Shown here: piece after piece, positions 60,399 to 64,000 of the stretch
Numbering within the stretch: position 1 is the stretch's first letter
Layout: every line of letters starts with the position of its first letter
NCBI GenBank assembly: GCA_973895155.1
Contig: OZ316898.1
Location: 20,347,292-20,411,291 of the forward strand
DNA from: Marsupella aquatica
Taxonomy: Eukaryota; Plantae; Marchantiophyta
Reading direction: 5' to 3'
DNA length: 64,000 nucleotides
Translations under genes and position numbers: made by a program
Notes under the pieces: model-generated
The model's database searches: none
Seen by the model: the letters and a program-made list of their open reading frames with translations, nothing else
Told to the model about the DNA's origin: nothing

Positions 60399-62890
60399 TG
60401 TCACATGGGAATGCCCCAAACGTCATGGAATCAAGATATAAATATGGTGCACTGCAATGTGACCAAATCTAGATTCCAGCACCAGGGAGACTTACCTCTG
60501 ATGATTTGACTTGGTTTCAGAAACAAGCTTGGATACCAAAATCCAGGCTCAAAGATTTGCTGAAGGGGGAGGAATATCGTGAAAAATTCAACACCTGTCT
60601 GAAAATAAAAGAAACAGTTGTAAGAAACAAAGAGCGGGGTTGGGTGACCATTCGGTACCTCTGTTGCTATGGACCCCAAGATGCCAGGGGAGACTTACGT
60701 GAGGATCTGCCAGAAAATAGAGTTCTTCAAAATGGAGAGAAGCCACTTCGACATACTACAAAAACTGGAGCGTCTTTTAGGAGAGGTTGTAGATTCAATT
60801 TTACAGCAAATTTTAAGGAGATGGAGAGGCCAAATCCTTGCTTGTTGAGATTTACAGAATTCCGACATGTCGACAATACAGGGAATTTTTGTCATGGTTG
60901 GGAGGACAGGTCTGCATGGGATGTGGGGGCTCACATTGCCCCCATAATTTCAATTGACTTACGTGAAAGCATTGAGAGGCTCTTGCGAACATGAGTGACT
61001 GAATTGGGAGTTCTTAAGGCCCAAAGGGAAGAGCTACGTGAGCATAGAAAGAAATTTGTTGATGATAGAGCCAATGTAGTCTGGACAAGGGATATGGGAC
61101 TGGACTTGAAGGACATTCAAAATGTCAAGAAGGCCATTAATAACCGGAAGAGTCACTAGGCGAGTTTTGATGTTGTTGGATGCAAATTGTGGGTTGAGGC
61201 TAATGATTGTCAAGCTGTATCAAGAGAGGGATGAGAAGACACAAGCTCCATTTCTGTTGGTGTTTGCAACAGAGTGGCAACTCAAAAAAATGGCCACTCT
61301 TGGGCATGGTAGTGCTGTGTTCATGGATGCCACTTTTGGTGTCAATGAGTATGAGGTTAGTCTAATTCCAATTAAAATTGAGTATCTGTTACATGTTGTG
61401 ACATATATTATTGTTGAATAGTGTCAATAATCTGACCTTGGTTGTGCAATGTTCACTCTATTAGTTAAATACTCTGCCATGTTTCTGACGTTGGCTCCAG
61501 AATGGTTTAGTTAAATACTATCATGTACTGGTTTGTATTGGTTTCAGAAACCTGACGTTGGCTCCATAATGCTATACAGTACTTTTTCTACAGATGTTTT
61601 GTTGTACCATATGTTATTATCATAAAGTTTTAGTATTCTGACTTTTTATAATGTTTTCAGTGTATTCTGTACATGATATTTTACCACATTTTATTGTTTG
61701 AGAGTTGCAATAATCTCATGCTCGTTGTATAATGTATTTTTCAATGTAGTTGGTACATTAGTGTCTATATCTTCATAAATCTGACCTAAGCTTGGCTCTA
61801 TAATGTTTTGCAGTACTCTTTATACACTCTCCTTTGTTTTGATGACTTCCATAATGGAATTCCCACATGTTGGGCTCTAATGGAGACCCACAAAGAGCAA
61901 GATTTATGGCAAGTTCTCACTGCAGTCAAGGTAGCCATGGAAAGAACCAGACAATGTGACCTACGCCTAGACAAGGCATGGGCTCCAACTTGCTTTATAG
62001 TGGACAGCCAAAGAACAGAATGTGTTGAGGTAATTTGACACTAACATTGTTGCTCAACAATTTGTGTATTAAAACAATCTTGTCTGAATATTATATCATC
62101 TAACTGTATTTGCTTTGGCAGTGAGGTTTGGCCAGGTGTTCCGATCACTTTATGTGCCCTGGCATGTGAGGAGAGCCTGGACTAAAAACATATTGAAAAA
62201 AGTTAGAGATCCACATTCCCGTGCAAAAATGAATAGAGAACTTGGAGATCTCATGTATGAGAAGAACAAAGGTAAATTTTGTCCCTAGTTTGTCCCCATA
62301 ATGTATTTATCTTAGTTTGTGTCTAGTTTTTGGGCTAACCCTCTACAACTGTTGATGTTTGCTATTTAATGTAATCACTGTTTTCTTTTACAGACCCAGT
62401 CAAAGAGTCCCTTCAGTTCATGGCAACATGGAAAGATGAGCAGCCATTGTTCGTGGAGTATTACAAAACGTACTGGCATTGTAAGATCAGTAAGTGGGTG
62501 ATTAACTTTAGGACCTTCAAGCATGCCAATCAGAACACTAATGGGGCGATTGAGAGATGGCATGGAACTCTGAAGCGGTACCTGCAAGAAGAGAAGTCTA
62601 CTAAGGTAGGCCGAAAGGTGGTTTGGCTGGTAGAACAGTTGATTAACCACCTTGAACACCACTACTGGTGTATGTCTTGTATGAAGTGGCAAGGGCAAGT
62701 CAGAAATCGGAAAATTGAAGACATCATCTGGAAAGCCATCTTGAAGGCAAGGACTATTCCTGCTGATGATGTTAAGTACGAGGAAGGCAAAATATTGCAT
62801 TTGTACGCAGCCAAAAAAAATCCAAGAGGGGCACGTTCTTGAAGGATACCTTGGTGATAGTTGCGTCTGCACTTGTGGATCTAGTATGCA
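60399..62890 (+). mobile_element. Degenerate Mutator-like (MULE) DDE transposase with start of a SWIM finger (At1g60560/At4g13970-like clade)
   Basis: Exons ~60399-61355, 61814-62029, 62122-62271, 62394-~62890. Motifs: AWIP.SRLKD..KGEE, YLCCYGPQD, RRGCRFNF, HVDNTGNFCHG, TEWQLKKM, FMDATFG (D1), TLLCFDDFHNGIP, FIVD (D2), LC.WHVRRAW, NTNGAIERWH (E), CVCTC. In-frame stops (e.g. 60992-60994) and frameshifts; 3'-truncated. Confidence 0.9.
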
Positions 62891-63329
62891 CTCGGGGGTC
62901 TCACTATATGGGGACCTCCTCATCGCCTGCGATGTTTTTAGGCCTCAGACCCCCTAAAATGTAAGATTTTTTAAAAAAAATTTAACCCCTATAAAGTTGG
63001 AATATTCTTGGAATATTCTAAAAATTGGATTAAAAAGACCCTAATGTTCTTATAAGTCTCAACATTGAATTTAAAAGACCCTATTGTTCTTCTACAAAAA
63101 TTCTTAAGTCTTCCCTTAGAACCAATAAAATGACCCTATCCTTCGTCGCACGTGATATGCCATTTTGTGGAAGTGAAACCCCCGAGAGTATGCAAGGGAA
63201 TACCTGCAAGCATCAGGTAATTTTACATAGCCACAACTATGATTTCATATGAATTATGAGTCTAATTATCATGACAATGTCTCATAATTGCATTTCTCTA
63301 TTGATGTGCAGATAAAGTTGTTGCTTTTG

Positions 63330-63890
63330 AGTGGCTTGTCCGAGTCCAAAGTTCTTCAAACCCTATGGAACTCACTATGGCACTATGGTAGGCGGCTTAA
63401 TAGTTGATATAGGGTCACTGACTCTTCTGAGGCTTGGCAGCGTTGCTGAAGAAGAATATGGCGTTCTGACCTCTCCAATAGGGGAAGATCTTTTTATGGC
63501 GTGTGCTGGCTGCAGGGCTATTTTCCGGTAAGAGAGCCCACCAATGTGGGCATGGAGATGGTCGCTGCCCCTACTGCCGACTTTGCTCAGAAGACAATAA
63601 GCACATATTCTTTTCATGCTATCATGCCAAAATAGCATGGAACCGGACGACCTGGTTCTATGAAAGGTTGCCCGCTCTCTCGTACCTTCCTGGCGGACAC
63701 TCATTCACAAGCACTCTGGACTTGGCTCTCGGTCGCTCGCCTCGGCTCTCCGCTCGTCTTTTTGTTATATATGAGACTGTGTGGCTCCTATGGAAAAATC
63801 GTAACACCCGGTTGTTTTGGAGCCAATCTGTTGTGTTTTCCCCATATGCAGCCGCTATATCAGTTGTTCAGCATCACCCTATTCATTAAA
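63330..63890 (+). mobile_element. LINE (L1/Tx1-like) ORF2 C-terminal fragment (zf-RVT zinc knuckle)
   Basis: A frameshifted W..IWRSDLS...WRV segment is followed by CPYCRLCSEDNKHIFFSCYHAKIAW and VWLLWKNRNTRLF, the CCHC knuckle and W..W..RN...F motifs of non-LTR ORF2. Confidence 0.85.
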
Positions 63891-64000
63891 AGTGTATTTT
63901 ATTTTGTTCACTTTTAGGCCTCTAAATGTTCACTTTTTGGTCTCTAAATGTACACTTTTTAAACCCAAAAGGTACACTATGGTATTATACTCTACACCTA

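Noticed and set aside
1-64000. tRNA, rRNA or known snRNA genes
   Set aside because: No cloverleaf with A/B boxes, rRNA signature or known U-snRNA 5' sequence was seen by eye; tRNAscan-SE and Infernal would be needed to exclude them.

Overview
Eukaryotic, intron-rich plant nuclear DNA, most likely a liverwort or hornwort (inferred from a nuclear plastid-targeted CysW gene and the repeat landscape). The ORF track misses most genes because they are split into short exons. By following splice sites by hand I reconstructed: the 3' end of a WD40 gene (+); a 12-exon CysW/SULP2-type sulfate ABC permease with a transit-peptide-like N-terminus (-); a conserved uncharacterised plant protein (+, with a probable GC-AG intron); an Mpv17/PMP22 gene (-); an intronless 1099-aa ankyrin-repeat/PGG-like membrane protein (+); a VOC/glyoxalase gene (-); a COQ11-like atypical SDR (-); and a TMEM184/LAZ1 (DUF300) gene (-). 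Between them lie decayed ORFs, a Helitron cluster, inverted solo LTRs, a degenerate MULE transposase lying head-to-head with an RPA70-C-like OB-fold ORF across a motif-rich repeat array, a LINE 3' fragment, and many short head-to-tail duplications. No rRNA, tRNA or CRISPR array was seen. Family assignments come from recalled motifs, not database searches.
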